From positions 19,575,714 to 19,639,713 of the forward strand of contig JARFYF010000060.1 in assembly GCA_030265395.1 (NCBI GenBank): a stretch of DNA of 64,000 nucleotides. Reading direction: 5' to 3'. This DNA is from Rhina ancylostomus (taxonomy: Eukaryota). Position numbers and translations under genes: made by a program. The first letter of the stretch is position 1, and the number at the start of each line of letters is the position of its first letter. Below are positions 21,811-35,797 of the stretch, one piece after another. The notes beneath the pieces were generated by a model. The model saw only the letters and a list, made by a program, of their open reading frames with translations. It made no database searches and was not told the origin of the DNA.

Positions 21811-24800
21811 CAAAGTTGATTTAAAATGATCCTTATTCTAGACTTGTTATTTCTAAAATACACAATTTATACCTTGGAATCTATTTACTGTTTTAGCTTG
21901 CATTTTAGAAATAAATCTTGAGTAAGGGTTGTTTTAAATCTACTTAACTCTTGAGGAAGAATACCACTATTAAATAAGAATCTGGGACAAATTTAAAGTG
22001 AATTTTTCAAATATTCCCATGCTGTTTGTGGTATATGAAGGATATCATTAGTTTGGTTGGAAATGAGTCCAGAAAGTGGAGATGTTGCTAAAAGTGAATA
22101 CTCTGGTGTTTATCTGTCAGACAGAATTTATGTAGAACTTAACAAGTTTGAATTTTTGCAATAGAATTCTTAGATTAGTTCTGAGTTTGTAGAAGGAATG
22201 GTCTTGGATGGTGTTTGGTGGCAATGACCTTAAATCACTTAATGCTTTAAATAATAACTAATTGTCTTTTCAACTTTTTGTCCTTGTATAATGGAGATTT
22301 ATAGCAATGAGAGTCCTAAAATTTTGGCCTTGACTTTTACACTTTAATCCAGCCAACTAATATTGACAAACTATTATACTTTCTGCCGTCACTGTTCTCC
22401 TCTGGAAGGTAGTGATTCATGATGGCAGAGTTTCATGAGAAACAGTGGCTCTCTCCTACTTTGACAAAGTTGAATAGCAATGATAGTATGTTCAGGAGCG
22501 GGAGGTTGCTTGTTTGAGTGAATAGCAAAAGTATGTTTGCTACTTTTGTTTTCTTCTTGCCTGTTCCCCAACAAAAACATTAATGACACTGCTTACGCTG
22601 TCTTATGAGGTTATGTAATAGAACAAATTACGTTCTGGAATTCTGGCCGGTAAAATCTGTACCATTACTTAATGGATTTATCCATACTGAAGTAAAGGAT
22701 GTATATTTGCAGAAGTTTAATGCATATTTATTTGTTCTTGTGGTGCATGCATGCAACTTTATTGTGTAATTTGTGGAAATACTTTTCCTTTTGAACAGTG
22801 TACATGATTTTTTTTGAGTAGTGTTGCGCCATTAGTGTTCAAAGTTTTGTGATTGTAGCAGATTTACACAAGTTACAAAATAAGTATCATAGCAGAATAG
22901 TGATATAGAAAAGATTACAATTTAGAAGTCGGATTGTACGTGCACAATCTGAGCTTAAAAGGGGTGTTGCAACTTCCAAAAGCATCTGAAATAGAATACA
23001 TTGAATGCTAAAATGAATCCAGTATATGGGCAAATAAAAAGTAATTCATCACCAGTAGGCTTCATATTTTACATATTCTAATATGCAGAGGTAACAAATA
23101 GGAGTTCAGGACTAACCTGTCAGATGGAAAAAGCTATAATGGTTTACTTAAGTGTTATTGCAGGCATTCTGCTTTTTAAAACAAAGGTATTAAGGAATTT
23201 TACATGGGGAAAGTATCTTGGTCACAAATCATTACGCTTCAGTTATATGCCAGCAGCAGGTGCATAGTAGACCAGATTTCCCTGTAGCTGGTTGTCAGCA
23301 GTGGGCTGGACAGGAAACTCGTCTACAATGCATTTGGATCCTGTTCAAAGTAGAACTCCTGATGCTCTTGGTCATGGAGGAAGTTCTAATGCTGTTGTGA
23401 ATCTGTTTCGTCACTTTATAAATTAACTCGCCTTCCTCTACAGAGGGATAAGAGTAGACTACTTAGCTGTCAAGGAAATTGTTCTGAGACCCAGCTCACT
23501 AGATTTTGCATTCATTGGAAGCTATTTGACAAAGTTCTGTCATACTAAATGTATTAGAGCATTCAGTAATGTAATGCTTCCATCGACACTGCTTGCCTTC
23601 AGAAAACTTGGATAGGTAGTCATTTATCTCACCATCAAAGTCTCCTATAAGTGTGAATAATGCAGCCCATCATGCATTCTTGTGGTAGCAAACAAAAATA
23701 ATTTGGATTCTCAAAATCAGAAATAAAAACAAAATTATAGAAAAACACTAAATCAGGCAGTATCTGTGGAGAAAGAAGCACGTTCAGTATTTCTGGTTAA
23801 CCTTGCATTGGATCTGGGAAAAGTTGGAGAGGCAACTTTGGGAGCAGTGGGACTGATGGATAAAAGCGGTGATACAAGCTGAAGGGGAATGATGATGGCA
23901 TGGCAAAAATATAAGAAATCAGTATGGACCAGATTTAAATAGGGGCACTCAGAATCATACTGAAATTACAGGAATATTTTGAGTTCTGGAAATATAAAAT
24001 ACAGTGCTGAAAATATTGATTCCAGGCCTTCCCCATCTGACGAACACTGTACTGGGGTCCAGCCCATANNNNNNNNNNNNNNNAGGGGCACTCAGAATCA
24101 TATTGAAATTACCGGAATATTTTGAGTTCTGGAAATATAAAAAACAGTGCTGAAAATATTGATTACAGGCCTTCCCCATCTGACGAACACTGTACTTGTG
24201 TACAGCCCATAAGTACGGATGAGCATTTAAGAACCAGTGGGATGGATTTGCTGGCTGCTGCAGGCATCTGCTATATGGGAACTTGGTTCACAGCTGCGTT
24301 TCCGACTTGTGAACTGTTTGGGTTACTGTGTGGTAACCAGTTACTGAGTCTTTTCAGTAAGTTATAGTTGATTCACTTGGGTACTGCAGATCATTGTGGG
24401 ATATGCTTGTTGCACTCTGCCAATTTCAGTTTAATTCAATGATATTCCAGTTCTTTTACTTTTGCTGCTTTGTCATTTTTCCTGAACTGGTAAATAACTT
24501 CTCTACAGTACCATAAGCTTCTACTTCTGCTAATAACCTCCAGGGTTCTTTGCATCATGCTTCTCTTCATGACTTTAGGCACAGCTTTCTTGGCTGTCAT
24601 TATAAGTGATTATTTCTGCTTTTCTGACATTATTGCATTCACTTTTAGATGGCGATGGATTCAGCGTCTTTTGATGTTTTAAAATTTTGTGATGGTAGGT
24701 TTTTGAATCTAAGCTGTTATTTGGCTGCATGTCAAATTTAACAAGCACTTTTTTAACATTTACACAAGTCTTAGAAAAGAATGGTCCATCTGCTGGATAC

Positions 24801-24979
24801 TAATCAGTACTGCACAATTCAGTTTTTCTGCTGTAGGGTCTTAACATTGCTATTTCTCTCTTTTGCTGAAGACCACAAAATTCAGTTCTGTTACAAACCA
24901 ATGATGGAAGATGAATAGTAATTCTGCCCACCACATCTTATATACTGGCCTTGCAGGGGGTAGCATCAATTTAGTCATT

Positions 24980-25225
24980 AAGATAGAGATGAGGAATTTC
25001 TTCTGAGGTTCATTAATCTGTGGAATTCTCTATCCTACAGAGCTGTGCATGTGGAATCATTTGAATACATTAAAGATGGTGATTGATAAACATTTGAACT
25101 TGAAGGATATTGAGGGGTATGGGGACAGACCGGTGTCGTGCTTTTGAGGCCAAGATTGGATCAGCTGTGATCTTCTGAAATGGTGAGGCAGGCTTGAAAG
25201 ATCATCCGGCTTGTTTCTGCACCTT
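24980..25225 (+). mobile_element. CR1-type LINE 3' end
   Basis: agagatgaggaatttcttctgagg...ctgtggaattctcta...gatcagctgtgatcttctgaaatggtgaggcaggcttga. Confidence 0.65.
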
Positions 25226-25289
25226 ATATCTGTAGTTGCCCATTCCACACTTTGGGAACACCTGCAGTTAAATATCTTTTCGCCTGACT

Positions 25290-25800
25290 CAGCCTATTTG
25301 GTGTTGAAACTTTTATTCATGTCTAGATTTGATTATTATAACCCTTACATGGCTTGCCTCCCTGAAAAGTTGTTTATTTGGAGTTGTGGAAGATGCACTA
25401 TAATTCCTGTGCTTGCTAACTTGTATTGGCTTCTGATTAAACGTTTCTTGATTTTTATTTTCTTGTTTTCTGATCTTACCATGACTCTTCACCTCCCCAT
25501 CTTGAAATTCCTCCAGACCTATAAGACTCATGAAATTTCTGCACTCTACTTATTCTGATCTCTTGAGCATCCCTGAATTGCTCTATCACTGGTAGCAATG
25601 ATTTCACATAACAAGTCTGCCAAACTCTGAAATTTCCTACCAGTACACTCTGTCTCTCCAACTCCTTTTTCCTTTATCGTCAAGACATTCCATAAAATTT
25701 ATTGACCAAGTGGCTTGGTATTGGTTCACCTTTTTCGACACATTGCATGAGACTGAATGTCATTTTGTATCGCAAATTTTTATATAATGTGAATTCTGTA
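25290..25800 (+). mobile_element. Decayed L2-clade LINE 3' fragment
   Basis: ORF 25211-25558 contains SRFDYYNPYMACLP...IIPVLANLYWLLIKR, matching the L2 motif SRLDYCNSLLAGLP...ITPVLxxLHWLPV. Confidence 0.65.
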
Positions 25801-26629
25801 AGGGTAAGTTTCAATAACACGAGGGGCCATAACGCAGAGGTTGCCTGTAACTGAGAAAAAAAACTATCTGCAACTAAGCTGGTAGTTCTGCATGGCAAAT
25901 GGCCAAGTCAGCTACTTTGCAATTATAAACTGATTTTTAAAAAAAATCACTAAGATGCGTAGCAACCTGAAGTGGAGCCAGAATAACTCTCGTATCAGGC
26001 AGCGTCTGTGGAAGAAAAGAATTATTCTGTTTCTCTTTGCACAAGTAATGCTTGAGCTGACTAGTTCCAGCATTTTTCCTTTATTTCAGGTTTCTACACA
26101 TACAGTATTTTGCTTTTGCACAAAGGAAGAACAAATTTATCTTTTCACTCCTTCTGTTTTTTTTCTGATTAAATTTAAGTTCAGCTCTGCCTTGTCCTAA
26201 ATCTAGTGCATATGATTTTTTTAAAGATAACTTTTCATTCTGTAAAGATCAATGGATTTTGGTTTTAAATTTGGGAAAGTTTCCACCTATATCATGTGTG
26301 TCATGTAATTTGAGTTTTACCTTGGACCATTGTAGAATGTTGTGCTAAACTTGCATTTCAACTGTTGCCAAAATTCTAAGATTAGAGTTGAAAATATACA
26401 AGACAACAAGCAAGATAATTATGATTATGGTGACTTTTATATCTGGCACACAGATGGCAACAGCTGTTCAGTTTAATAACATCTATAAAAGTAAGGCTTT
26501 TTGTGGTACCAGTCAGTGAAAGCATGAAAGTCCCAATTTTGTGTAGTGGTTAGCGCTCCATTAACTGATTTCAAGTCCAGCACAGAGTTTTAGCCATTAA
26601 TTGCCTCCATTGCAGAATCAGGAGCAAAA

Positions 26630-26847
26630 GGCGGCATGGTAGTGTAGCAGTTAGCGTAATGCTTTACAGTGCCAGCAACCAGGGTTCAATTCCAGCTGCT
26701 GTGTGTAAGGAGTTTGTGCGTTCTCCCTGTGTCTGTATGGGTTTCCTCCAGGTGCTCCGGTTTCCTCCTGCATTCCAAAGACGTACAGGTTAGGAAGTTG
26801 TGGGCATGCTACGTTGGTGCTGGAAGTGTGGCGACACTTGTGGGCTG
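26630..26847 (+). mobile_element. Relatively young tRNA-derived V-type SINE, truncated by a gap
   Basis: A box tggtagtgtagcagtt, B box ggttcaattcc (26683-26693), V-domain ggagtttgtgcgttctccctgtgtctgtatgggtttcctccaggtgctccggtttcctcc. Confidence 0.85.
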
Positions 26848-27488
26848 NNNNNNNNNNNNNNNNNNNNNNNNNNNNNNNNNNNNNNNNNNNNNNNNNNNNN
26901 NNNNNNNNNNNNNNNNNNNNNNNNNNNNNNNNNNNNNNNNNNNNNNNNNNNNNNNNNNNNNNNNNNNNNNNNNNNNNNNNNNNNNNNNNNNNNNNNNNNN
27001 NNNNNNNNNNNNNNNNNNNNNNNNNNNNNNNNNNNNNNNNNNNNNNNNNNNNNNNNNNNNNNNNNNNNNNNNNNNNNNNNNNNNNNNNNNNNNNNNNNNN
27101 NNNNNNNNNNNNNNNNNNNNNNNNNNNNNNNNNNNNNNNNNNNNNNNNNNNNNNNNNNNNNNNNNNNNNNNNNNNNNNNNNNNNNNNNNNNNNNNNNNNN
27201 NNNNNNNNNNNNNNNNNNNNNNNNNNNNNNNNNNNNNNNNNNNNNNNNNNNNNNNNNNNNNNNNNNNNNNNNNNNNNNNNNNNNNNNNNNNNNNNNNNNN
27301 NNNNNNNNNNNNNNNNNNNNNNNNNNNNNNNNNNNNNNNNNNNNNNNNNNNNNNNNNNNNNNNNNNNNNNNNNNNNNNNNNNNNNNNNNNNNNNNNNNNN
27401 NNNNNNNNNNNNNNNNNNNNNNNNNNNNNNNNNNNNNNNNNNNNNNNNNNNNNNNNNNNNNNNNNNNNNNNNNNNNNNNNNNNNNNNN

Positions 27489-27568
27489 GAAGAGTCTCGG
27501 CCTGAAAAGTCCCTTCATAGATGCTGCCTGACCTGCTGAGTTCCTCCAGCACTTTTTGTGTATTGTTG
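27489..27568 (+). repeat. Penelope-associated terminal repeat fragment
   Basis: gaagagtctcggcctgaaa...catagatgctgcctgacctgctgagttcctccagcac. Confidence 0.7.
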
Positions 27569-30500
27569 TAGTAATAAAGATTTTTTTTTCATTGATCTAT
27601 CTAACTTAACTCTTTCTGCCTTTCCTGCTCCTTTGTGTGCTAGACACCTAAAGTTGCCATAATCAGAATTATCTTGCTTGCCAAAAGCCACTTTTTATTA
27701 CATTTTTAGCATGCTTTGGTCATTTTTTAAAAAAAATTGACTTCTGAATTGAATACTACCATGGTCCTTACTATCGTTGTTGCCTTCTTGACCAGGGAGT
27801 AGCATGTTTGTGCATCAGTAAATTGCTTATGAACCTCCATGTCCTCTAAGGCCAATGGCTGCTGACTCGATTGCTATTCTTCATATTCTTGCTGCTGTCA
27901 ACCCATTACTCTTTCCCTGCACATGCCGACTTTGTCCCCTTTCCCCAACCCCAGCCCTCCATCATCACCACCACCTTTGATTTGAGTGAGTATGTCTAGG
28001 AATGTGCCAATTAATTTAATCAACTTTTGCTTCACCCTGTATGGATGTGGAAAAATGCTGCCCGTCTTGGTTTTCTGGATACTACTGGTAGTGTTTTTGT
28101 TATGCATAGTACTATTAAACGTGAAAGCCAGGACATTTGAATTGTTGGAGAACAGGTCTGCTACCATAATTAGTGGTCAGCATCAATGCAGCATGTGATA
28201 TAGCCTGACCAAAGTTTGGAAGCTGCGTATCTGTCATTGTTGCATTGATAGAAGGCAGTTTAATGACACCTCGGTATGGGAAGCTGATGGAGGAGAAGTT
28301 GGTGCTGTGGCATTTTAAAGAAGAGTTGTCTTGTATTGTAACCTGTACAATAATAAACTCTCAATCCAGTAAACGAACACTGTCAATATTTGTATTTTTG
28401 TGACTCATTTGCAGGTTGGCGAGTGGAAAGGGTTTAAAATGTAGCTTAAATACTGCAGGTGGAAGTACACAGTAGCATGAAATAGAGGATTGTCTTTCAC
28501 AAAAACACAAGNNNNNNNNNNNNNNNNTGGGGTGGTGTCAGTAAAATTCATTGCAGATGTTTGCAGCATTTAATATTTATTTTGTTCCAACATCAGTGAC
28601 TGATCTAAAATCTTGCAGTACCATTCTGTAAAACTGCTGGTGTGAAGAAAGTTATTTCTCAGGGTTATGGAGGCTGTTCAGAGCTGTGATCTTTGTTAAT
28701 AGTTATTGACAGCTAATGTGAGTTTGGTCTTTTCATACCTTTTTTAAGAAAACACTGCTTTCTAATTGTATTTGTATGTTTATTATTTTTCTTGACATGA
28801 AACCATTAAAATAGAATATGTTCCACCTTCACCTTACTAGTCAATGTTTTTTCTGGGTAGAAACCTGTTGCAGAATAAACAAAGCTTGGGATAGCTGGCA
28901 ATGTCAACACTGTAACATGAATCATTTAATCTGAAGCATCAAGACTGTCACTGGAAATTGAGCTACTGCATTTAGTACTTCACACATGGTCATTTAAAAT
29001 AATTGTGACATCAGTTCATGAAAAGATGTGAGCTTTGACCTTCACAGATGTTTTTTTAAGTAATTGAAGCTCAGGAGAATTTGCATATCTTTTGGCTTTA
29101 GCAAAAGTGACAAGTCAATTAACTGAGATTTTCCACAATTGTGTGGGTGTAACATTTCACATATAAAGGAGAGAATTTCTTAATTGTGCTGGTGAAATTA
29201 ATTGTAACAACTTGATGTCCTCAATCAAACTGGTAATTGAAACTAATGTGATTTATGAAAATACTACTCTAAGTCACTTCCCTGTGCACTTCTTAAGGAA
29301 TTCTTTATTGGAGGGTGTTTCAGGTACTACAGATAGTCCAGGATGCAAGGGTAACTTTTTAAAACCTGGGGAATCAGTGTATGTTTTTTGTGACACATTT
29401 GAGAGCATATGCTTGTGCTTTGACTATTGCAGTTTTGCATGTTTGCTTGTAGTATATCCCACTTTAAATGTAGAAGTTTCCTGTTAGTAATTCAGGTTTT
29501 GGCCCATGGAGTTCATTTTATTTTTACACAGAATTGAAGGTAATTGATAACCAACAGAGCATTAGCATGGACAATAAATTTCTCAAATTTTGGTGAATAA
29601 AATTATTTAGCAAGCACTGTTGAAGTGAAAGGTTTAATTGTTGAATAATTTAAAACATCTAATTCTTTTAAGTATCCTTTGGGTACATAGTTACTCTGAT
29701 TCCCAAGAAAAGCTTTCCTCAATAATATCATAAACCACATTAATACAGAATGCTGCTGCTCAGCAGTATCCTCCTCTGTGCTTGTCAGTATTCTCAGCTT
29801 AAATAATTCAGTCATATGACTCCTGCAGGATGCAACCAAACGTGCAGAAAACCATTTAACATACAGACTGCTCACTATATAACAGGATTTCTGGTGTTAA
29901 TACATCACATGCTAGAGATTGTGGTGCTGTATATAAAGTTTTAGAAATGCAGTTCATGTCCGCAGTTTAACTTTTTTTTAGCTTGTAAATTTCAAATGAA
30001 CTTCCCTCTTGATTGATCAACCAAGCAGGGTGTAGCTGAGTCAGTCCAGTTTAGTGCTGAGTTGGCTGATCTCAACCAGGTGAACAGTAAGGACTTCACA
30101 TTTGGTATTCCTAGAACAAAACTTGGTTTGCCAGTCCTCACAGGAAGCATCTGTAGAAAGAGAAAGAGGTAGCATTTCAGGCTGAAGATCCTTCATTAGA
30201 ACTGGGATAGAGGGATAAAATAGTAGCACCTTTGCTGTGATAAAGATTTTCCATTTATTTCAGCTTCAAGGGGGACCCAGAATCTTCCAATGCTCTCTCC
30301 TGTATCATGTCAGCTGGGCACTTGGGGTATTCCCAAACAGTTCCATTCATGAAAAATTATATTAACCTTATCCAGCAATAAATTCTACAGTAATATAAGA
30401 TGTGTTTACATTTTAGTTCAGCAGCTCATTGAGGGGACCATAATTGGAACTCTTTTTTTGGTTACAGCAAGGGAAGTTGAAAATCATCCAAGGTTCCTGC

Positions 30501-30694
30501 TTCTGCAAGTACCATTTAGTTCATGAACTAAAATTTGGGCAATAAACAAGAATAGATTCTGGTTTGGGTACAATGTTTTTGGGGAATGGATAAGCTGCTA
30601 TAACCTGGACATGAGGAAGGCACTGAATAGCTGCAGAACTCTGCCTTCATAGGAGAGGAGCATTCAGTAAAGAAGCAAAGAATATACTCTTAAT

Positions 30695-32150
30695 TTAAGA
30701 AGAACACAGTAGGTTGGGCAGCCATTCTGTACAGAGAAAATGACTGATCAAAGATCGTTCAACAGAATATATAAAAGTAGGTTTAAGTTGCAGAGAAGGT
30801 GGTGGGATGGATGGACTGGTTAAATGGGATATCATTGATAGGGTGAGGCCAGGATTGCCATGCGGATGAGTTGTAACTGAGGTCATCTGGCCAACGAGTC
30901 AATTGGGGGGGGGGTGGAGGGGGTAGATAGGATCCTTGACCATAAAAGCTTTGAAATGAGGGAAGTTAGTAAGAACACAACAAAGTAGAAGCAAGAGTAG
31001 GCAACCAGGCCCTTCAAGCCTGCCTTGCCATTCAATATGATAATGGCTGATCTACACTGGCCTCCACACCTTTTCTGTGCTAGTTCGGCATAATCTCAGT
31101 TCCATTATTTTTCGAATATCTATTCATCTCTACCTTAAATGTAGTAATGATCTTGCCTCCACCACTTTTGGGGGAAGAGCATTCCAGAGATCCATCTGCC
31201 CTTGGAGAAGAAATTTCCACACACCACAGTTATAAATGACTGTCCCTTATTTTGTAGCTATGTCCCCTTGTTCATGACTCACACTTGTAAAAACATCTCA
31301 ATGAGTCCTCTGTACAGTCCCTTTTGGATCTTGTATGTTTGAATAAGTTCATCCTTCATTTTTCTAAACTCTAAGAAGTATTGACCCAGACTTTCAAACT
31401 TCTTGATCGGACAACACTAATGCAGGAATTAGCTTGGTGAATCTTTTGGACTGCTTCCAGTGCTACTATTAATTTTTTTTTAAAGATAAGGGGACTAAAA
31501 TTTCAGTCTTCCAGGCCTGTCCTTGGCCAGTTCCCCATGGCCCCCAATTTCCCAATCTTTCAAAGATGTATCTACTTTTTTAAAATAACCTCATGATCCG
31601 GCCTCTCCAACCCTCTGGGGTAGAGAACTTGATGTTCACTACTCTGAGAAGTTCTTGTGCAACTTGGTTACAAGACTAGGAAGTAGTCATTTAAAAACCG
31701 TATCCCCTTGTTTGAGATTCTTCCACTGGTGGAAACGTATCAACATCTACCTTATCATGTTGCCCGTGGACCTTTGCACCATTCAATAAGTTCACCCCTC
31801 GTTCTTTTAAACTCCTAAGAGTATAGATCTTAGACTGTAACATGTCCAGATGCATGTTGAAGTGCTGTTTCCTAAGTTGATGATAGACCTTGTTACAACA
31901 ATGCAGGAGGCCACAGTTCAGAGTGGGATGGGGATTTAAATGGCATTCAACAGGTCACCCCTGAGCTGCAAAGCTATCATCAAATTTCCATTGTAGAAGA
32001 GATCACAATATGAGCTCTGAATACTGTACACTAAATTGGAAAAAGTGCAAGTAAATTGCTGCTTTGCCTGGAAAAACTGTATGGCTCCCTGGATGGTGGG
32101 AAGGGAAGAAATGAAAGGACAAAGGTGTTGCATCTACTCCTGTGGCCTTC
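30695..32150 (-). mobile_element. Penelope-like retroelement 3' part (GIY-YIG endonuclease remnant) split by CR1 insertions
   Basis: Minus-strand ORF 31936-32133 CPFISSLPTIQG...FQAKQQFTCTFSNLVYSIQSSYCDLFYNG matches the PLE pattern FTCxSSNLVYCIxCxxCGLLYIG; downstream GLLHC...LRKQHF (31840-31911); pyrimidine-rich terminal region at 30695-30930. Confidence 0.75.
30965..31830 (-). mobile_element. CR1-type LINE 3' fragments nested in the Penelope-like element
   Basis: aagaacac...agtaggcaaccaggcccttcaagcctgccttgccattcaatatgataatggctgatct is the reverse complement of a CR1 3' end; a second diverged copy lies at about 31520-31830. Confidence 0.7.
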
Positions 32151-32584
32151 CAACCAATTGTCATAAATATTTAAACACTACAGCCTTTTAACAAGTGAGA
32201 TCTATTGAAAGGTGGATATGGAGATAAATTATACCTGTTCCATGCAAAGCAAAAGTTTGGTAGGTGATCTATAAACTTGTTTACAATATATATGATAGCA
32301 GAGAAATAAATTAAAGCAGAATTTATTTAAAAATCAGTTCTATTTAAAATAGGCATATAAGTATATTTTCTACTGTCAGCAACTCATGTACCCATATTTC
32401 AGTGAAACATTGATTTCTGCCAGGACAACAGGGCCTGTATTGTATGCTTGACTGTTCAAAGTGTTTTCAGTTTTTGCATCTTTTTTTTCATGTGAAGGTT
32501 CCTTACTAAAATGTGACATTATTTAATTAAACAAAATCTGTCCTCAATTTTTAAAACATCCTCAACTTTTTTTGAAGAGTTGGG

Positions 32585-32810
32585 ATTGTGGCTTAAGTAA
32601 AGGTTCTCCCACGTGGCTCAACTCCTGACACTCAAAGTCCCTCCATCGCCTACAAGGCAAAGTCAGGAGCTTGAAGGGATACTGTCCACTTGCTTGAATG
32701 GGTCCAACTTCAACACTCAAAAAGCTTGGTATCACCCAGAACAAAGCTGTCAGGTTGTTAGGCCCTGCATTCACCTTAAACATTCATTTCCTCCACCATA
32801 GTTGCACTTT
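32585..32810 (+). mobile_element. LINE RT C-terminal fragment (second CR1-like family)
   Basis: ctcctgacactcaaagtccctccatcgcctacaaggcaaagtcaggagc...tactgtccacttgcttg resembles LTPQSLSTIYKAQVRSVMEYSPLAW. Confidence 0.6.
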
Positions 32811-34653
32811 GGCACAGCCAATGAAATGTAACAGAAATTCTATTTCTGAATGCAAGTAGCAACCTCCCACATGCAGGTGTACAAGTATGAGCAGATCAAC
32901 TGTCGTATTCTTGGGATCTAGGTATAAATTTTAAATGGTGCCACAAAATCTTTTGCATTTCTCTGAAAGAAAAGATGATGGCACTACAGTAGTGTAGCAC
33001 TTGCTCAGCACACTATTGGAGAGTCAACCTATATTATCGTGAACATGGTCTGTTTCTCTGAAATGGACCTAAACCCATAGTTTCTTCTGACTCTGGCTTG
33101 AATGGTAGCATTCTCACCTTAGCTCAAGCTTGTATATGAGCTATTAGATCAGTGCAAGTAAGTAAAAACTATCCTTCCCTAAATACAGCTCATGGTAACA
33201 TATAAAAACAGATATAAGTGTATTAGCATGCACTCTTATTACGATGAAGACTTCAATTTTCAGTTATGGGTGGATCTTTGTTTTGAATGCAAGCATATAT
33301 GTAACACTCTAGTGGAATAGACAATGGACAGTGAGAAAAACAAAGTGAAATTGTTTTGACTCTGAGTTTCCACGTTGTCAAATAAATTGCATTAAAAATG
33401 GTCTCAAGGGATTGACTCTCAGTTATTTTTCCAAATAAAGAACAGCCAACAACTACTTATCTGTATTTAACTTCCACAGTTGTTGTGGTGGAATTTGAAC
33501 GTAAGACTCTAGATCGTTGGTCCTGGTCTCTGGATTGCTGCTATTACCATTGCTTTTGGGAAACGTGTTTTTTGCTCCATTGCTTATGTGTACGTTGATA
33601 CTTTTTGGAAAGAGCTACTCAGGTGGATGTTTGACTATAGGTTGCATTAATCATTTTTCACATGTGCTTCATCCAGATCAGCTCATTGGATCACTCCAAG
33701 GTGAAACGTAATAATTTTTTCCTCATTTAGAGCAAGTCTGCATGGCTGGTTACCATTTGATTTGCTCGTACATTGTCCCAATCTTACACAGCAAAACCGC
33801 TCCTTGTTTCTCCAGTACTGATGCTAGTTCCCCATGAAGAGAAAGCCATTTTTACCTAAATCCCAGAGCTGCACGTTCAATTTCATCCTATCATTACTAT
33901 GTTGGTATTTATTTTTCACACAAAACGTCCTCTATCTTCAACTTGGATTATTCATCTTATGAATGTATTATTCATTTAGCCAATTCTTTCTTGTCCTTCA
34001 GAACTCTCTGACTGAGACACTTCCAAAAGCAGTTGTTTTTTTTCCCAGTACTGTGCCAAATGGCCATTTTTTGAGTGAGCCTGTCTGTGCATTCAGTCAT
34101 AGGGCTGTTTCCAACTTCATAGCTGAAGGGCAACATGTATGTTTTCTACAAGGTGGTGCTACTGCATAGTGATCACGAAGAGTAATTTTATAAACTGAAT
34201 TTGGAAAGAAAGATGATCCTCGCATGCCTTTGGCTATTCCAAGCATTGCCACAAATAATCTCATGAATTGAAGTAAGTTTTCAAGCCTGGATCGCTTGGG
34301 ATAATGAAACTATGCAGGCTGACAATGTATCAGTGAGGAAAATGCATAATGCTAGTGAATGGGGCTAGTAGAAGTGGGAGGAGCCATTCACTATTTCATT
34401 GGGTATACAGGACTGGATATATTTAACCTTGGTTGTCTAGAAATCCAGACTACAAATTTTAATTCAAGCATAGGAGTCAAGTTCAGTCACTGGAAGTGAT
34501 ATTATTGTTACGATATTGATAATTGTTCTTGGAGGCCATGTACCACACCTTCAGTACAATGAAGGTGGTATATGAGAGCGACCATCAATCTTGGTGACCG
34601 TGTCTAGAAAATTGCAATAGGAGTCTACTGAGAGAAGATTTCAAGGGTGAAGT

Positions 34654-34711
34654 CGCAAAAGATGCATTTCACTGTGTGTTTCGATATACATATGACTAAT
34701 AAAGATATCTT
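34654..34711 (+). mobile_element. 5'-truncated SINE/LINE 3' tail with a degenerate 15-bp target-site duplication
   Basis: cgcaaaagatgcatttcactgtgtgtttcgatatacatatgactaataaagatatctt flanked by agatttcaagggtga (34636-34650) and agaatgcaagtgtga (34712-34726). Confidence 0.6.
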
Positions 34712-35797
34712 AGAATGCAAGTGTGACTCCATTGGATTTCAGTCCTTTGTTGGGACTCTGTCATATAGTCATGCATTCTTTCTAATAAATCTGTTTCCAC
34801 TCTTGTTTGCATCAATTATTGCCTTAAAATAAAATGACAATTTTCAAGTCTTGACATGGGGTCAGCAGCCTTTCTGTCCTTTGGTCTGTCTTTCCTGCAG
34901 TTTTGATTTAATTTGTGAATAAAAAAATCATATGTAATCTTCATAAAAAAAAACATTCTTCAAGACCATGTGAAACATGGATGAAAATGAGCAAATGGAA
35001 ATCAGGAGCTCAAAGCAAAAAAGGAAATCCTACTATTTCTAATGAGAGCCAGGTGCAGTCAATTAAATTTAGACTGAACAGACAAGATGCTACAATATGT
35101 AAAAGAATCAACAGCTATTAAAAGTGCTAATAACTACTACTTACAGGAGAGCTTGTACATTTGTAACATGTCAGATGCAGGATCAGTATGGGTCATGCTG
35201 CTTATGGTAGACCAATCCAGCTTGCCTGTTTCCTCTCATTTTTACACAGAGGGGCAAATCTAGTTTGCTTTGCAAGTAGGGTAGCTTCTTCGGAAATAAA
35301 TGTTGGAAACTAATTTGAATGAAACTTAACAGCTACTGCAAGCCAGTCTTTTAAATATTATCCTAATAAACAGATCTGTGGTAGTTCTTAGGTTTGGGGA
35401 CTTTGCTGTGTGCATATGGAACTTTTTGACATAACAGTGAATATGCATTTAAAAAAAAATTAGTTGGGCACAATGAACTTGGAATTACCTGAAGATATGA
35501 AAGATGCCATCAGAGAAAATTTGTTCTTGGCCTGTATTGCTTGGAAAATTTACTGCATTGGTTATCATAAGTTTTCAGACCTTTTGTCCCATTATTTTTA
35601 TCAAGATGTTGCTGATCAGATTGCTTGCCATGCTTAAATGAGGCTGGAGCTTCTCCACTGCTGGGATCATGTCACTTTGCCAGACAATCCTACAGAAATT
35701 AAAATAAGCTGTTGTCATTAAATTCAATCTATGAGAAATTAGCATTTATAAAATGTGATTTTTCTGATATTACATTTTGATTATATTTTCCTTTCAG

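Noticed and set aside
23941-24211. 128-bp direct repeat either side of a 15-N gap
   Set aside because: Copies end and start exactly at the gap, typical of an unmerged scaffold overlap; smaller overlaps flank the gaps at 5236 and 51305
26630-26700. tRNA gene
   Set aside because: A and B boxes run straight into a V-SINE body with no acceptor stem; this is a SINE head
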